From Pseudomonadota bacterium (GTDB taxonomy: Bacteria > Pseudomonadota > Alphaproteobacteria > UBA2136 > UBA6156): a stretch of DNA of 64,000 bases. The stretch spans positions 258,427 to 322,426 of the forward strand of contig WGMN01000001.1 of NCBI GenBank assembly GCA_016125035.1, written 5' to 3'. A program made the position numbers and the translations under genes. Below the pieces are notes generated by a model. The model was not told the DNA's origin. It did no database searches and saw only the letters and a program-made list of their open reading frames with translations. The number at the start of each line of letters is the position of its first letter. Positions within the stretch are counted from its first letter, which is position 1. Below are positions 37,111 through 46,547 of this stretch, piece after piece.

Positions 37111-37464
37111 TTAGCGGCCGACGTCTTGCACGGTGGTGGTGCTGCCGCCGAACTGAGTGAGCACGCCGGACGCGAGGTCATGCATACCGTTGAAGATGCC
37201 GGGGACCAGGGTGATGAGCACACCGCCGATGATCATGACGATGCCGGCGCCGGTCTCTTGCTTAACGATCCACGTCCACAGGCCGAGGATGGTGATGGCC
37301 AGGCCGATGAAGAAACCGATACTGCCGGTGATGGAATCCTGCAGGGTGCCGAGGATGGTGTTACCCGCGTCGGCGGCGTTGCCGGCGGCGAAAGAGGGCT
37401 CTACCACCGCAGCAAGCATGAGCATGGCAGCGGCCATTGCAAAGAAGGTATGACGATTGACCAT
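37111..37464 (-). CDS. VirB2/TrbC-like T4SS pilin (paralogue 2)
   Basis: 117 aa with the same architecture. It is clearly related to 36743-37090 (…LITLVPGIFNG… versus …IITMLPTVFNG…). Confidence 0.55.
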   Translation of the reverse strand: MVNRHTFFAMAAAMLMLAAVVEPSFAAGNAADAGNTILGTLQDSITGSIGFFIGLAITILGLWTWIVKQETGAGIVMIIGGVLITLVPGIFNGMHDLASGVLTQFGGSTTTVQDVGR

Positions 37465-37540
37465 AGGTTGTGTACTCCTGTTTGATGTTATTGTTGGGTG
37501 GGGTTAAGCCTTTGACAAGCCCCTCTTTTACCGTGAGCGC

Positions 37541-39130
37541 TTATTTTTTGGCGGCGGAGGGGGTGTCGGTGACCACCAGAAGGTGAGATTTTTCAAACTG
37601 GGTAAAGGTTAGCGTGATGTTGTGGGCGGCCTTGACCTGCGCCGCCAATTGGGCCAGCACCTGTTGCACCGGCGCCTCAGCGGTGAGGGACCACTTTTCG
37701 GCCATAAGGTACTGGTTTTCTGGGGAAAGTTGCCAATCGGCCTGCCATTTCTCGCTGCCGTGGGCCGCCGCCTGTGCCAGCACGGCATCGGTGAGGCCTT
37801 GCAGCGACTGGTTTTTGGCGTGGACGGTGACCATGACGTCGTCGAGCGCCACCGGCCCGGCCGCGGGCTCTACCTGGTTGGCGTTGAGCATGTCGTGCAC
37901 AGATTGGCCGGCGCGCAGGGCCAGGGCGCGGTCCATCATGGTTTCAGCCTCGGCCTTAAGGCGCTCGGCTTCGCGCAGTTTGGCCTGTTGCTCTTGAATT
38001 TGGGCGGCGTTGGCGAGTTGCTCGGCCTCGGCGATCTTGGCTGCGGCGGCGGCGATGAGCTGGCGGCGGGAATCATCCGCCTGGGCCTCGGCCTGCTTGA
38101 GGTTTGTGCTTAGGCTGCTGATCTTGTTTTGGTAGGCCTTTTCCTTCTGGCCTTTTTCCGCTTGCAGCTGCTTGGCCAGGGCCTCGAACTCTTGCAGGCG
38201 TTTTTGCGTGGCTTCCAGCTCGTCTTGCAGTTGCGCCTCGTGCTGGCGGCGGGTGGCTTCTTCCGCGCTGGTTTGCGCGCGGGTGGTGGCGGCGCGTTCC
38301 AGTGTTTCTGCATGGCGGCGCTGCTCTTCCTGGATCTGGCGCTCGCGCTCGCGCAGTTTGGCCGAGAGTTGGGCGATGGTTTCTTGCTCTGAAGCCGCGC
38401 GTTTTTCGTCGGCGATGCGGGCCAGGTTGCGCGCGGCGGCGGCGTCGGCCTCGCCCATGCGGGCGGCGGCGGTGTTATCCACCGCTTGCCAGGTGCCGAG
38501 TTGCTCGACCAGGGGATCGACCTTGGGGGCGGGTTTTTGCTCCACCACGTGTTTGGGCAGGAGATCTTGCTGCGCAGGCGCCACCTGCGAGACCTTGGCC
38601 GCCGGTTGGCCGATGTTGCTGCCCGGTGCCATGGGCTTGGGCTGGGGCAGCTCTTCCTGCGGGTGGGCGGGAGGCATTTTGGCCAGCAGCTCGGACGCCA
38701 CCTTGACGTTGGGCAGGGCCGGCAGGCTGGAGGTGGCACGGGCGGGCAGCGGCGTGGGGGAATCGAAGAAGGTGAGCGCGATGGAGGGGTCGGCCGCGCG
38801 GGCGTCGGCGGCGGTGGAGCCGTCGAAGAGCATTTGCGCAGGCTCGCAGGGCTCGCCGTTGGCATCGTAGAGGTAGCGGTTGCCGGAGAGGCTGCCCTCC
38901 ACCATCACCCCCAGGCCGGGGCCGGAGCAGTCGGCCGTGAGGCCACCCACCGCCGCCGCCTGCAGCGAGCCCGGCACCATGGCCGAGCTGGCCAGCAGCA
39001 CGCCGCTGTCGGCGCCGCGGGGGGCGGGCGAGCCGTCGGCCAGCGTGGCGGAGCGCCCGGCGCAGCCACCGAGCACGGCAAGGCCGGCGATGGCCGCGAG
39101 CAACGCCGGAGTGGGGCGGACCTTTTGCAT
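37541..39130 (-). CDS. coiled-coil lipoprotein with conserved C-terminal domain (paralogue A)
   Basis: Lipobox LGGC, a long E/Q/A-rich coiled coil and the C-terminal stretch W..LSPENQ…QQ…ITLTF…LLVVTD. Confidence 0.6.
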   Translation of the reverse strand: MQKVRPTPALLAAIAGLAVLGGCAGRSATLADGSPAPRGADSGVLLASSAMVPGSLQAAAVGGLTADCSGPGLGVMVEGSLSGNRYLYDANGEPCEPAQMLFDGSTAADARAADPSIALTFFDSPTPLPARATSSLPALPNVKVASELLAKMPPAHPQEELPQPKPMAPGSNIGQPAAKVSQVAPAQQDLLPKHVVEQKPAPKVDPLVEQLGTWQAVDNTAAARMGEADAAAARNLARIADEKRAASEQETIAQLSAKLRERERQIQEEQRRHAETLERAATTRAQTSAEEATRRQHEAQLQDELEATQKRLQEFEALAKQLQAEKGQKEKAYQNKISSLSTNLKQAEAQADDSRRQLIAAAAAKIAEAEQLANAAQIQEQQAKLREAERLKAEAETMMDRALALRAGQSVHDMLNANQVEPAAGPVALDDVMVTVHAKNQSLQGLTDAVLAQAAAHGSEKWQADWQLSPENQYLMAEKWSLTAEAPVQQVLAQLAAQVKAAHNITLTFTQFEKSHLLVVTDTPSAAKK

Positions 39131-40527
39131 TAGTCGGAGATTACAATAATGCGGTCGTTGTCGAACAGGCTGAAGGTTATTTTTATGCCTCTCTCGTTGA
39201 CCAGATACTGCGCGAGGTAGTTTACGAACTGCTGGAAGCTGGTTTCCACGTCCAGGCTGAAGCGCTGGGTGAGGATGTCTTGGTTTTCAGGCGAGATCTT
39301 CCATTTGAGGCGCCAGGGACCGATGAAAGGTTCGGCACGTTTGACCACCATGGTCATGATGTCTTCCAGGGTTTTGGAATCCTCGTGCACCACCACGCGG
39401 TACTGGCGGATATCGACCCAGTCGGTATGGGTGCGGGCGGTGGTGAGGTTGGCGCTGCCGGGCAGCGGGCCGGAGGCCGGGGCGATGTTGGCGAGCTGTT
39501 TGTCGGATGGGATGACGCCCGGCGGCAGCGGCTGGGCAACTTCCAGCCCGGCAGAGGCGATGTTGACGTCTTGCTGCGCGGTGGCCTGGGCCTTGGCTTG
39601 CTGGGCGAGCTGGTCGTTGACCACTTTGCGGATGGCGAAGACGATGCGGTCGTCTTTCTTCACAGCGGTGGTGGCGGCCTCGGCCAGGGCCTTTTGCATG
39701 TCGGGGTCGGAATCCTTGACGGCGGTGCGGGCGATGGTGCGGATATAACCTTCTGAGTCTTTGACGCTTTGCAGGGCCAGGGCGCGCATTTGCGGGGCGG
39801 AGTCGGCCACCCGTTCGTCTACCAGCGTGGCAATGCCTGGTTGGGACGCGGAGACGGCCTGTTGGGCGATGGCCGCCATTTGCGGCATGGCTGAAGACAC
39901 CGTTTGCGCCGCGATGGCCTGGATGCGCGGCTCGGCCTGCTGGACCTGCCGGGCGGCGATGGCCGCGACCTGTTGCGGCTGGAGAATGGTTTGGCGCTGG
40001 GCCGCCAGCTGCGCCCGCGTGCCGGAGACCTGGTTGGCGAGCGCCGCCAGCTGGGTTTGCGTTTGCTCGCGCGTGAGGCCGACGATATCGCGCTGCGCGG
40101 ACAGCTGCTGGTTGACGGCTTGCTGGGTGCCGTTGTTGGCGCGCAGCACCTCGCTGGTTTGGCTGAGCAGGGTATCGGTGCGGTTGGCGAGGGTGTTAAA
40201 CCGCGCGTCGATATCGGCGATGGTTTGGCGTTTGACTTGCTCGGCCACCGTGCGCGCCACCTCTTCTGGTGTGGGGGGAGGCACCGCCGCCTGGCTGCGG
40301 GTGATGACCACCTTGCCGGTCATCGGCTGGGGAATATCGTATTGCGGGCCCTGGTTGCTGGCCACCTGCACCGGCTGGTAGACGGCGGGGAGATCGGACA
40401 GCGCGAGTGCGGGCGCAGGCGCCGAGTGCGTAGGCGCGGCACAGCCAGCCAGAACAAGGCCCAGGGCGGTGGCGGTACGGGCGTGGCGCAATGTCATCAT
40501 GACGATTCTGGCCAAAGTGTGCCTCAT
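39130..40527 (-). CDS. coiled-coil lipoprotein with conserved C-terminal domain (paralogue B)
   Basis: Lipobox LAGC, Q/A-rich repeats and the C-terminal stretch W.L.W.ISPENQ…QQF…ITFSLF…IIVISD, clearly related to paralogue A. Confidence 0.6.
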   Translation of the reverse strand: MRHTLARIVMMTLRHARTATALGLVLAGCAAPTHSAPAPALALSDLPAVYQPVQVASNQGPQYDIPQPMTGKVVITRSQAAVPPPTPEEVARTVAEQVKRQTIADIDARFNTLANRTDTLLSQTSEVLRANNGTQQAVNQQLSAQRDIVGLTREQTQTQLAALANQVSGTRAQLAAQRQTILQPQQVAAIAARQVQQAEPRIQAIAAQTVSSAMPQMAAIAQQAVSASQPGIATLVDERVADSAPQMRALALQSVKDSEGYIRTIARTAVKDSDPDMQKALAEAATTAVKKDDRIVFAIRKVVNDQLAQQAKAQATAQQDVNIASAGLEVAQPLPPGVIPSDKQLANIAPASGPLPGSANLTTARTHTDWVDIRQYRVVVHEDSKTLEDIMTMVVKRAEPFIGPWRLKWKISPENQDILTQRFSLDVETSFQQFVNYLAQYLVNERGIKITFSLFDNDRIIVISD

Positions 40528-40587
40528 GCGCCAAAAGCGGCCAATATCCGGCCCCCGGAATACACTACGGAGTGTGGGAAATGCACA

Positions 40588-40923
40588 TCAGCAGGTGATT
40601 AAAAAAAGGGCAGCGAGGGCGGCACCTGCGGCGCACGCCGCCTCTACCCACAAGCTGGCGGCGCCGATGGGCGTGCCGCAATGCCGGCAGCGGCCGCGCA
40701 GCGCCAGCCAGCTGAAGACGGGAATGAGATCGGCAACCCCCAGCACCGTGCGGCACTGGTTGCAGCTGCTGGGCGGGTGGCGCAGCGAGATGCCGCGCGG
40801 CAGGCGGTAGGCCGCGCAGGTGATGAAAGAGCCGAGCACGCCGCCAAACAGCGCGGCCACCAGCGGCCAGAACCAAGGCCAATGCTGGTGGATGGCGCAG
40901 GATGCCTGGAAAAACCAGCCCAA
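40588..40923 (-). CDS. prepilin peptidase N-terminal (zinc-binding) domain only; catalytic A24 domain absent
   Basis: GSFITCAAYRLP, SSCNQC and DLIPVFSWLALRGRCRHCG match the PilD/GspO N-domain. The ORF stops right after the second TM helix. No hydrophobic remainder is present in any frame downstream. Confidence 0.6.
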   Translation of the reverse strand: MGWFFQASCAIHQHWPWFWPLVAALFGGVLGSFITCAAYRLPRGISLRHPPSSCNQCRTVLGVADLIPVFSWLALRGRCRHCGTPIGAASLWVEAACAAGAALAALFLITC

Positions 40924-40934
40924 GGCCCCCTGCC

Positions 40935-42014
40935 CTAGCCGCAGGTGGGGTTTACCGCCGCGGTATCATCATTAACCGTGGTGATGCGCGCCGGCAGCTT
41001 GTTGGAGCCCGCGCCGGGGCGGGCACCGCAACCGCCGCCGGAGTTACGCGGGCGCGGGTTGCTGAAGTAGTAGAACGCCTTGGGTTCGTCATCGGTGCCC
41101 AGTTGCAGTGCCGAGCAGCAGAAGTCATCCGGCAGGCCGAGCAGGTGCATGAGGCCTTGCATGGCGCTGCGGCGGGTGGCGTCATTCTGGCTGTTATCCA
41201 CGTAAATGGTGGCGTTGTAGTAGGTGGCGGAGTCGGCCTGGGCGGCCACCGCCAGCGACTTGGGATAGTAGACGACCAGCTCGGGCGCGCCGTTATCGCA
41301 GGTGGCATCGCCGGTGAGGCCGGTGGCAGGGTCTTTCGGCAGGGCGTTGCAGGTAGCGATTTTGTTGGCGTAGGCGTTTTTGGAGTAAGACTCCAGCGAT
41401 TGGGCGACGCGGTCGAGGCGTTGCAGCGTGAGGTTGTAGCGGTCGAGCTTTTCCGGGTAGTCGGTGAAGCGGGTCATGATGTCGTCATCGGACGGTTGGA
41501 GTGCGCTGAAGGTTGAGACCTCTCTGCCCGAGAGGTGGGACCACCAGGTGACGTCGTCGGCCGCCGCGAGGGCCGTGCCCTGCACCGCGATGCCGGGACC
41601 GGCGGTGGTTTGCCCGTTGGGGCCCGAGGAAATGAGTGTGGCGTAGTAGATCTCCACCGGGCTGCCTTGCAGGTTGCGCGAAGGGTCTTTGTACATGATG
41701 TAGGAGCGCGGGCGGCCCCAGACGTCGTTCTCCATCTGGCTGGTGGAGAGGTTGGTGTAGCCGCCGAGATCGGTGAACCAGGTATCTTCAGCCGGCAGGA
41801 CGTTTTTATCGGCCAGGTAGGCTTGCAGGGCCTTGCGGATCTCTAGCTGGGTGTTCTCCTCGCTTTGGATGTCGCGCTGGCGGATGAACTGGAAAATGGC
41901 AGGTGTGCTGATGCTGACCAGCACCGCCAGCACCGCGATGACGATGACCATCTCTGCCAGAGTGAAGCCGCGGCGGCAGGAGGCAAGGGTAGAAGACAGC
42001 ATGGGCGTTTTCAT
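40935..42014 (-). CDS. large prepilin-type pilin/pseudopilin (359 aa)
   Basis: Class III signal RRG|FTLAEMVIVIAVLAVL with Glu at +5. Confidence 0.7.
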   Translation of the reverse strand: MKTPMLSSTLASCRRGFTLAEMVIVIAVLAVLVSISTPAIFQFIRQRDIQSEENTQLEIRKALQAYLADKNVLPAEDTWFTDLGGYTNLSTSQMENDVWGRPRSYIMYKDPSRNLQGSPVEIYYATLISSGPNGQTTAGPGIAVQGTALAAADDVTWWSHLSGREVSTFSALQPSDDDIMTRFTDYPEKLDRYNLTLQRLDRVAQSLESYSKNAYANKIATCNALPKDPATGLTGDATCDNGAPELVVYYPKSLAVAAQADSATYYNATIYVDNSQNDATRRSAMQGLMHLLGLPDDFCCSALQLGTDDEPKAFYYFSNPRPRNSGGGCGARPGAGSNKLPARITTVNDDTAAVNPTCG

Positions 42015-42947
42015 CTACAGGGTTCCTTTCAGGTTTATACTATAGCTTAAACTGGAGGCCGGGCTACCCCACGGGGTGGGAGAGGTGGCGTTGTTGGTGA
42101 GGCGCAAGGTGAGTGAGGAATCTGGGTTGGCGATGCTGGTAATGGCCAGCTTGCCGCCGCCGGGGAGGGTTTTTTCCAGCAGGCGGAAATCTTCGTCTAC
42201 CCCCAGCAGGCGGCGGTTGGCATCCACCGACAGGTCGAGAAAGCGCGGGGCGTTGGGATCGTTCGCCATCAACGTGGTGAAATCGAGCGTGAGGTTGGCG
42301 GAGCCGCTTTGCAGCTGGGTGAGGTATTGATTCATGATCGTGGTGCGGTAGGCGTTGACCTGCTCTTGGTAATAGCGCAGTTGCGCGCTGGCGATGCGGC
42401 CGAGGTGCTGGCGCACGTTGGCCCAGTTATCGCGCTGGGCGTCTTCATTGGTGAAGGTGATGACGATGTCGTCGGAGCCCACAGGCGGCAGGATGCCTTG
42501 CAGGGCGGAAATGCTGCCGACCGCGGGGATGGTGGTCTCCAGCTTATGGTTGGGGCCGCTGGAGATGAGCGCCACGCCGGTGACCGGCACCACCACCGTA
42601 TCGCTGGGGGGATTGCTGTAGAGCACGCGATTTTCGCGCACCATAAGGCCTTGCATGGGTTGGCCCCAGGGGTCGAGCGTGGGGTCGGCCCAGCGGCCGG
42701 TGCCGAGTTGGGCGAGATCTGGCGTGGTGCGGATGAAGGCGAGGATGTCGGTTTGGCTGGAGGGGGCGAGCTCGAAATTATCCAGGGTGATGTTCTGGGC
42801 CACTTTGCGCACCGCGTTCATGTAATCCTGTGCGGCGTCGACACGCATGCGCGACAGCTGGGCCGTGCTTTCTCCGGCACCCACGATGATGCCGCCCGTG
42901 ACTGACAGGAACAGCGAAAAAATGGCAAGGAACAGCATTGCCTGCAT
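42015..42947 (-). CDS. membrane-anchored periplasmic pilus-associated protein (310 aa)
   Basis: An N-terminal hydrophobic helix with no canonical prepilin cleavage motif. The start is translationally coupled to the upstream gene. Confidence 0.45.
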   Translation of the reverse strand: MQAMLFLAIFSLFLSVTGGIIVGAGESTAQLSRMRVDAAQDYMNAVRKVAQNITLDNFELAPSSQTDILAFIRTTPDLAQLGTGRWADPTLDPWGQPMQGLMVRENRVLYSNPPSDTVVVPVTGVALISSGPNHKLETTIPAVGSISALQGILPPVGSDDIVITFTNEDAQRDNWANVRQHLGRIASAQLRYYQEQVNAYRTTIMNQYLTQLQSGSANLTLDFTTLMANDPNAPRFLDLSVDANRRLLGVDEDFRLLEKTLPGGGKLAITSIANPDSSLTLRLTNNATSPTPWGSPASSLSYSINLKGTL

Positions 42948-43009
42948 GGGTGGAACCTCCTTTCTGGCCAGTTGCTTATACCGGCCTGCACCAGCGCCGA
43001 CTTACAGGG

Positions 43010-43594
43010 TTACTCCACCCCCGGAATACTGAGCCGGTGCAAACCGTAAATGCTTTTGAATTCCACGATTTTAGGGTGGATGGCGATGATGGTGAGATCG
43101 AGCGTGGGGTTGGCTTCCAGGCGCTTGTTAAGCTTGTTTTCCAGCAGGTTGGCGGCGTCGCTGTCGTACTTGCGCAGTTCATCGAGGGCGGCGTCGGCGT
43201 TCTGGGTGCGGGCAAGGGCCACGCGCACCTGGCTGCCGACCCCCATCCACTGGTTATATATCAATACTTTAGGGCCCGCCGCGCCATCTACCCGGCCGCC
43301 CATTTGCAGGCCCTGCAACTGCGGCTGGAAGGCGCTTTTGCTGTTGAGGATCTGCTCGGCCTGGTGCAGCGCCTGCAGGCGGGCGATGCGCAGGGCCTCG
43401 GCCTCGACGTCGAGGGTGGAGGAGACCTCCTCCACCTTAGCCTTAACTTGCGGGAACGGGCTGGGCTGGCCGCTGTAGGTGGGAACGACAGTGGCCGAGG
43501 TGGAGTTGGCCGCCTTCCACAAAATGATGCTTTGGCCCCACGCCAAGGGCGAGAGCAAAACCAGCGCGGCGACGAGGGCGAGGTGTTTGATCAT
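43010..43594 (-). CDS. periplasmic protein (GspC/PilP-like by position)
   Basis: Signal peptide MIKHLALVAALVLLSPLAWG. The assignment is by position only. Confidence 0.4.
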   Translation of the reverse strand: MIKHLALVAALVLLSPLAWGQSIILWKAANSTSATVVPTYSGQPSPFPQVKAKVEEVSSTLDVEAEALRIARLQALHQAEQILNSKSAFQPQLQGLQMGGRVDGAAGPKVLIYNQWMGVGSQVRVALARTQNADAALDELRKYDSDAANLLENKLNKRLEANPTLDLTIIAIHPKIVEFKSIYGLHRLSIPGVE

Positions 43595-44106
43595 GACGGT
43601 TGGCCCGGAGATTTTTTATCCAGCCCGTAGATCTTGCCGGTAAGGCGCATGTGCACCTTGTTTTTTTGCCCGTATGACGGTGTGAGCTGAATGAGGTTGA
43701 TGACGATTTTTTTGGTGTTGTGCAGGCGGTCGGCCAAATAGAGCGCGGTGGAGTAGTCGAGGTCGCCCTCGATGCTGACGTTGCGCACGTAGAGGTTGTT
43801 CTCGCCCACGGTGCGGACCTCGCGCGAATCAACCGTGAAGTTGATGTCGGTTTGCTCTAGCCCCAGGTGGCGCAGGATGTCGAGCTGGGTGGCGGTTTGC
43901 TCGTCGATGGTGAGTTGGTCGAGCTCGGTGAGGGCGGCGGACAGGCGCGCGGCGTTATCGAGCTCTTGGTTCAGGCGGGTGAGCTGGTTTTGGCGGGTGA
44001 GGATCTCTTCCTCGATACTCTGGCCGGAGAAAAAGATGAATGCCGAGAGCGCCATGAGCGCGGCCAGCGTGACGAGCATGATATTGCGGTAGGAGCTGCG
44101 GGTCAT
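43591..44106 (-). CDS. GspM/PilO-like bitopic assembly protein
   Basis: 171 aa with an N-terminal TM, a coiled coil and a small C-terminal domain. Confidence 0.45.
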   Translation of the reverse strand: MTRSSYRNIMLVTLAALMALSAFIFFSGQSIEEEILTRQNQLTRLNQELDNAARLSAALTELDQLTIDEQTATQLDILRHLGLEQTDINFTVDSREVRTVGENNLYVRNVSIEGDLDYSTALYLADRLHNTKKIVINLIQLTPSYGQKNKVHMRLTGKIYGLDKKSPGQPS

Positions 44107-45398
44107 TGCGGCACCTCGGTGGAGGAGGGTGGGGGTTGGGTGGGAAGCGCCGCAGGGGGAGCCACCGCCCCCGTGGCGGAGACCATGGTAAGGGAGGCCT
44201 CTGCCTGTGCCGTGGGCGAGACCGCGCGCAGGTCTTCAGCGGTGAGGGTGACCGAGACCTGCGCCTGCTGGAGCATTTGCGGGGTTGGTTTTTCCGCCCC
44301 CTCGGTTTGCACGGCGATGGAGAGTTGGGTTTGGTCGCCAGGCGTGCCGGTGCGTTGCAGCGTGCGCACCCACGGCTGGTTGGCGATGACGTGTTGCGCG
44401 CGGCGCTCTTGCGCGAAGAGCAGTTTATCCAGCGTGTGGTTGAGGATGATATCGACCGTCTCTTGCTGCGGAGCCTTCATGCCCGAGCGGGGAGAGTATT
44501 CCGCCGGGCTGAACTTGATTTGGGTGAGGTCGCCAAATTGGGCGGCGGTGCGGGCGGCGGCGTCTACGATGCCGGAGGGCTGCTGGTTGAAGGATTTGGC
44601 CATGCTGTCGAGCAGCTCTTGCGGGCGGCGGATGTGGCCGGTGCTTTGGTTGATCTGGATACTGTTGATGCGTTGCTGGGTTTGGGTGATCTCGCCCTCC
44701 AGCCGCGCGCGCTCGGACCAGTTGGTGAAGTAGAAGGCGGCGCTAGAGATAAGCAGGATGAGCCCGAAGAGACTGCCGGTGAGGTAGATGATGGTGTGGT
44801 CGAGGTGGCGGTAGAGCGGGCGCACGCCGGGCAGCGGCTTGAGGGTGGAGAATGGCACGGGGGTTATCTGGTAAGCCTCCAGCGCCACTTGCAGGGTGCG
44901 GTAGAGCTCGAGCTGGCTGAGCACCGCCACGCACAGGGTGGCGCCGGGGTTGGCCAACACATAGTCGGTAATGGCGTTGACGAGCGCGGCCGAGGCATCG
45001 GAGCCGGTGAGCACCAGTTGCGCGGTGCGCCACATTTGCTGGCCTTCGTCGGTTTGCTCGCGCACGCCGTGGATGATGACCTCGGGGCTGAGGACGTAGA
45101 AGAAGGCCTGGCAGTCGGCCGGGGCGAAATCCTCGGCCAGCCAGACTTTGACCGACTGGCGCATTTCGCGGATTTCGTCCGGCAGGTAGCCGTAGATGTA
45201 GCGTTGGCCGGAGAACACGCGGGCAAGTTGCGGCCCGCGTACCGGGTTGTTGCCCATTTGGCGCGCCACCTCGCCCACGCCGGCGAGGTCTTTGACCACC
45301 TGGATGTGGTCGCGGCCGGGCACCAGCAGAATGGTGGTATCGCCACGGGTCATCTGGCGGAAGGTGATGCTGCGGCGGGCGAGGACCATCAGGCTCAT
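44103..45398 (-). CDS. GspL-like (PilM-PilN-like) bitopic assembly protein
   Basis: 431 aa: a cytoplasmic domain of about 200 aa, a single TM (IIYLTGSLFGLILLISSAAFYF) and a periplasmic domain. Confidence 0.4.
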   Translation of the reverse strand: MSLMVLARRSITFRQMTRGDTTILLVPGRDHIQVVKDLAGVGEVARQMGNNPVRGPQLARVFSGQRYIYGYLPDEIREMRQSVKVWLAEDFAPADCQAFFYVLSPEVIIHGVREQTDEGQQMWRTAQLVLTGSDASAALVNAITDYVLANPGATLCVAVLSQLELYRTLQVALEAYQITPVPFSTLKPLPGVRPLYRHLDHTIIYLTGSLFGLILLISSAAFYFTNWSERARLEGEITQTQQRINSIQINQSTGHIRRPQELLDSMAKSFNQQPSGIVDAAARTAAQFGDLTQIKFSPAEYSPRSGMKAPQQETVDIILNHTLDKLLFAQERRAQHVIANQPWVRTLQRTGTPGDQTQLSIAVQTEGAEKPTPQMLQQAQVSVTLTAEDLRAVSPTAQAEASLTMVSATGAVAPPAALPTQPPPSSTEVPQ

Positions 45399-45400
45399 GG

Positions 45401-46486
45401 CTAGCGGTACTCCATAAGCGCGAAGATGGGGCCCACCAGCGAGGTATAGGTGGCGAGAATGAAGAAGGGCAGGAGCACGGCCATGACGATGAATTTAATC
45501 GTACTTGTGACCTGGCGTATATAGCGTTCAAGCTCAAGCTTATAGGGGGTTTGCAGGTCTTCCACCCGCTCGGCGATGGCGCCGGTGTTCTCGCCCGCCT
45601 GGATGGCGTTGACGAAGGAAGCGCGGAAAGGAATGGCGGAGACGGCGTAGCTCATGCGCAGGCCGTTGCGGTGATCTTCCGCCGCCGCAAGCAACAGGCT
45701 GGCCAGCACCGGGTTGGTGACGCAGCCGGAGAGTTGCTCGAGCACTTGATAGGTTGGCATACCCGACCTTACCAGCGCAGGCAGGAAGTAGACCACCACC
45801 ATGGCGTTAAAACCGACAATCAGTTTACGGCTGACCCCCCACCACAAGGTGAATTTGAGCCAGTAAGGGCGCAGGGCATAGGTGTTGCGGCAGAAAAACA
45901 GGGTGGTAGCCAGCACCAGCACCACAATGGGCTGGAACGGGTGGCTGCGCAGCCAGACCGAAGCCACCCAGAACCATTGCAGGATGAAGGGAAAAGAATT
46001 GTAAGACTCTGGCTTGCGGTCGAGCACCGGCTGGATGACCAGCGGCAACATGATGATGAGCACCCCCAGTGAGAGGATGATGAGCATGATGCCGATGCCC
46101 AGCGGGCCGGCCAGCTTCATCCACAACTCTCGCCGGCCCTGGTATTGAACCTCCATAGCCGACACCAGCGCGGGCACCGCCTGGCGCAGCTGGTTGCTGC
46201 GCTCGGCGGCTTCCACCACCGCCAGCTCTTGCGACTTGAAGCCCAGGCGGGCCTGGGAAATGGCCTGGTAGAACGGTGTTTGGCCGGCCTCCACCTCGCG
46301 CTGGACGAGATCCATTTGCGGGCCGAGGCTGGCGTATTCGTCATGACTGAAGGCCGCGCAGGTGTTGCGCACCGCCTCGGCCAGCGACATCTGCCCGGCG
46401 CCCGCGTTCAACCAGCCGGCCAGCGTCTTGAAAAAATCAATGCGGTCGGAGGTGGAGAGGGATGACTTGCCGATTTGCAGACCCAT
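45401..46486 (-). CDS. GspF/PilC-family inner-membrane platform protein
   Basis: Polytopic protein with two T2SSF-like repeats. Confidence 0.82.
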   Translation of the reverse strand: MGLQIGKSSLSTSDRIDFFKTLAGWLNAGAGQMSLAEAVRNTCAAFSHDEYASLGPQMDLVQREVEAGQTPFYQAISQARLGFKSQELAVVEAAERSNQLRQAVPALVSAMEVQYQGRRELWMKLAGPLGIGIMLIILSLGVLIIMLPLVIQPVLDRKPESYNSFPFILQWFWVASVWLRSHPFQPIVVLVLATTLFFCRNTYALRPYWLKFTLWWGVSRKLIVGFNAMVVVYFLPALVRSGMPTYQVLEQLSGCVTNPVLASLLLAAAEDHRNGLRMSYAVSAIPFRASFVNAIQAGENTGAIAERVEDLQTPYKLELERYIRQVTSTIKFIVMAVLLPFFILATYTSLVGPIFALMEYR

Positions 46487-46547
46487 GGAGGCCCAGTTTC
46501 ACTCTTTTTTTGTTTGGCACGGCCGGCCGTATGGCCTGCTGCTTGGC

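Noticed and set aside
36374-37114. 246-aa plus-strand ORF overlapping both VirB2-like pilin genes
   Set aside because: The minus-strand frames give clean signal-peptide plus two-TM proteins in tandem. The plus-strand frame is G/R/A-rich with no features.
40196-40534. 112-aa ORF as a possible continuation of the truncated prepilin peptidase
   Set aside because: It lies within the lipoprotein gene 39130-40527 in another frame. It is not hydrophobic and does not resemble the A24 catalytic domain.
44106-45404. 432-aa plus-strand ORF opposite the GspL-like gene
   Set aside because: It is antisense to an operon-embedded gene with coupled start and stop, and its translation is low-complexity.
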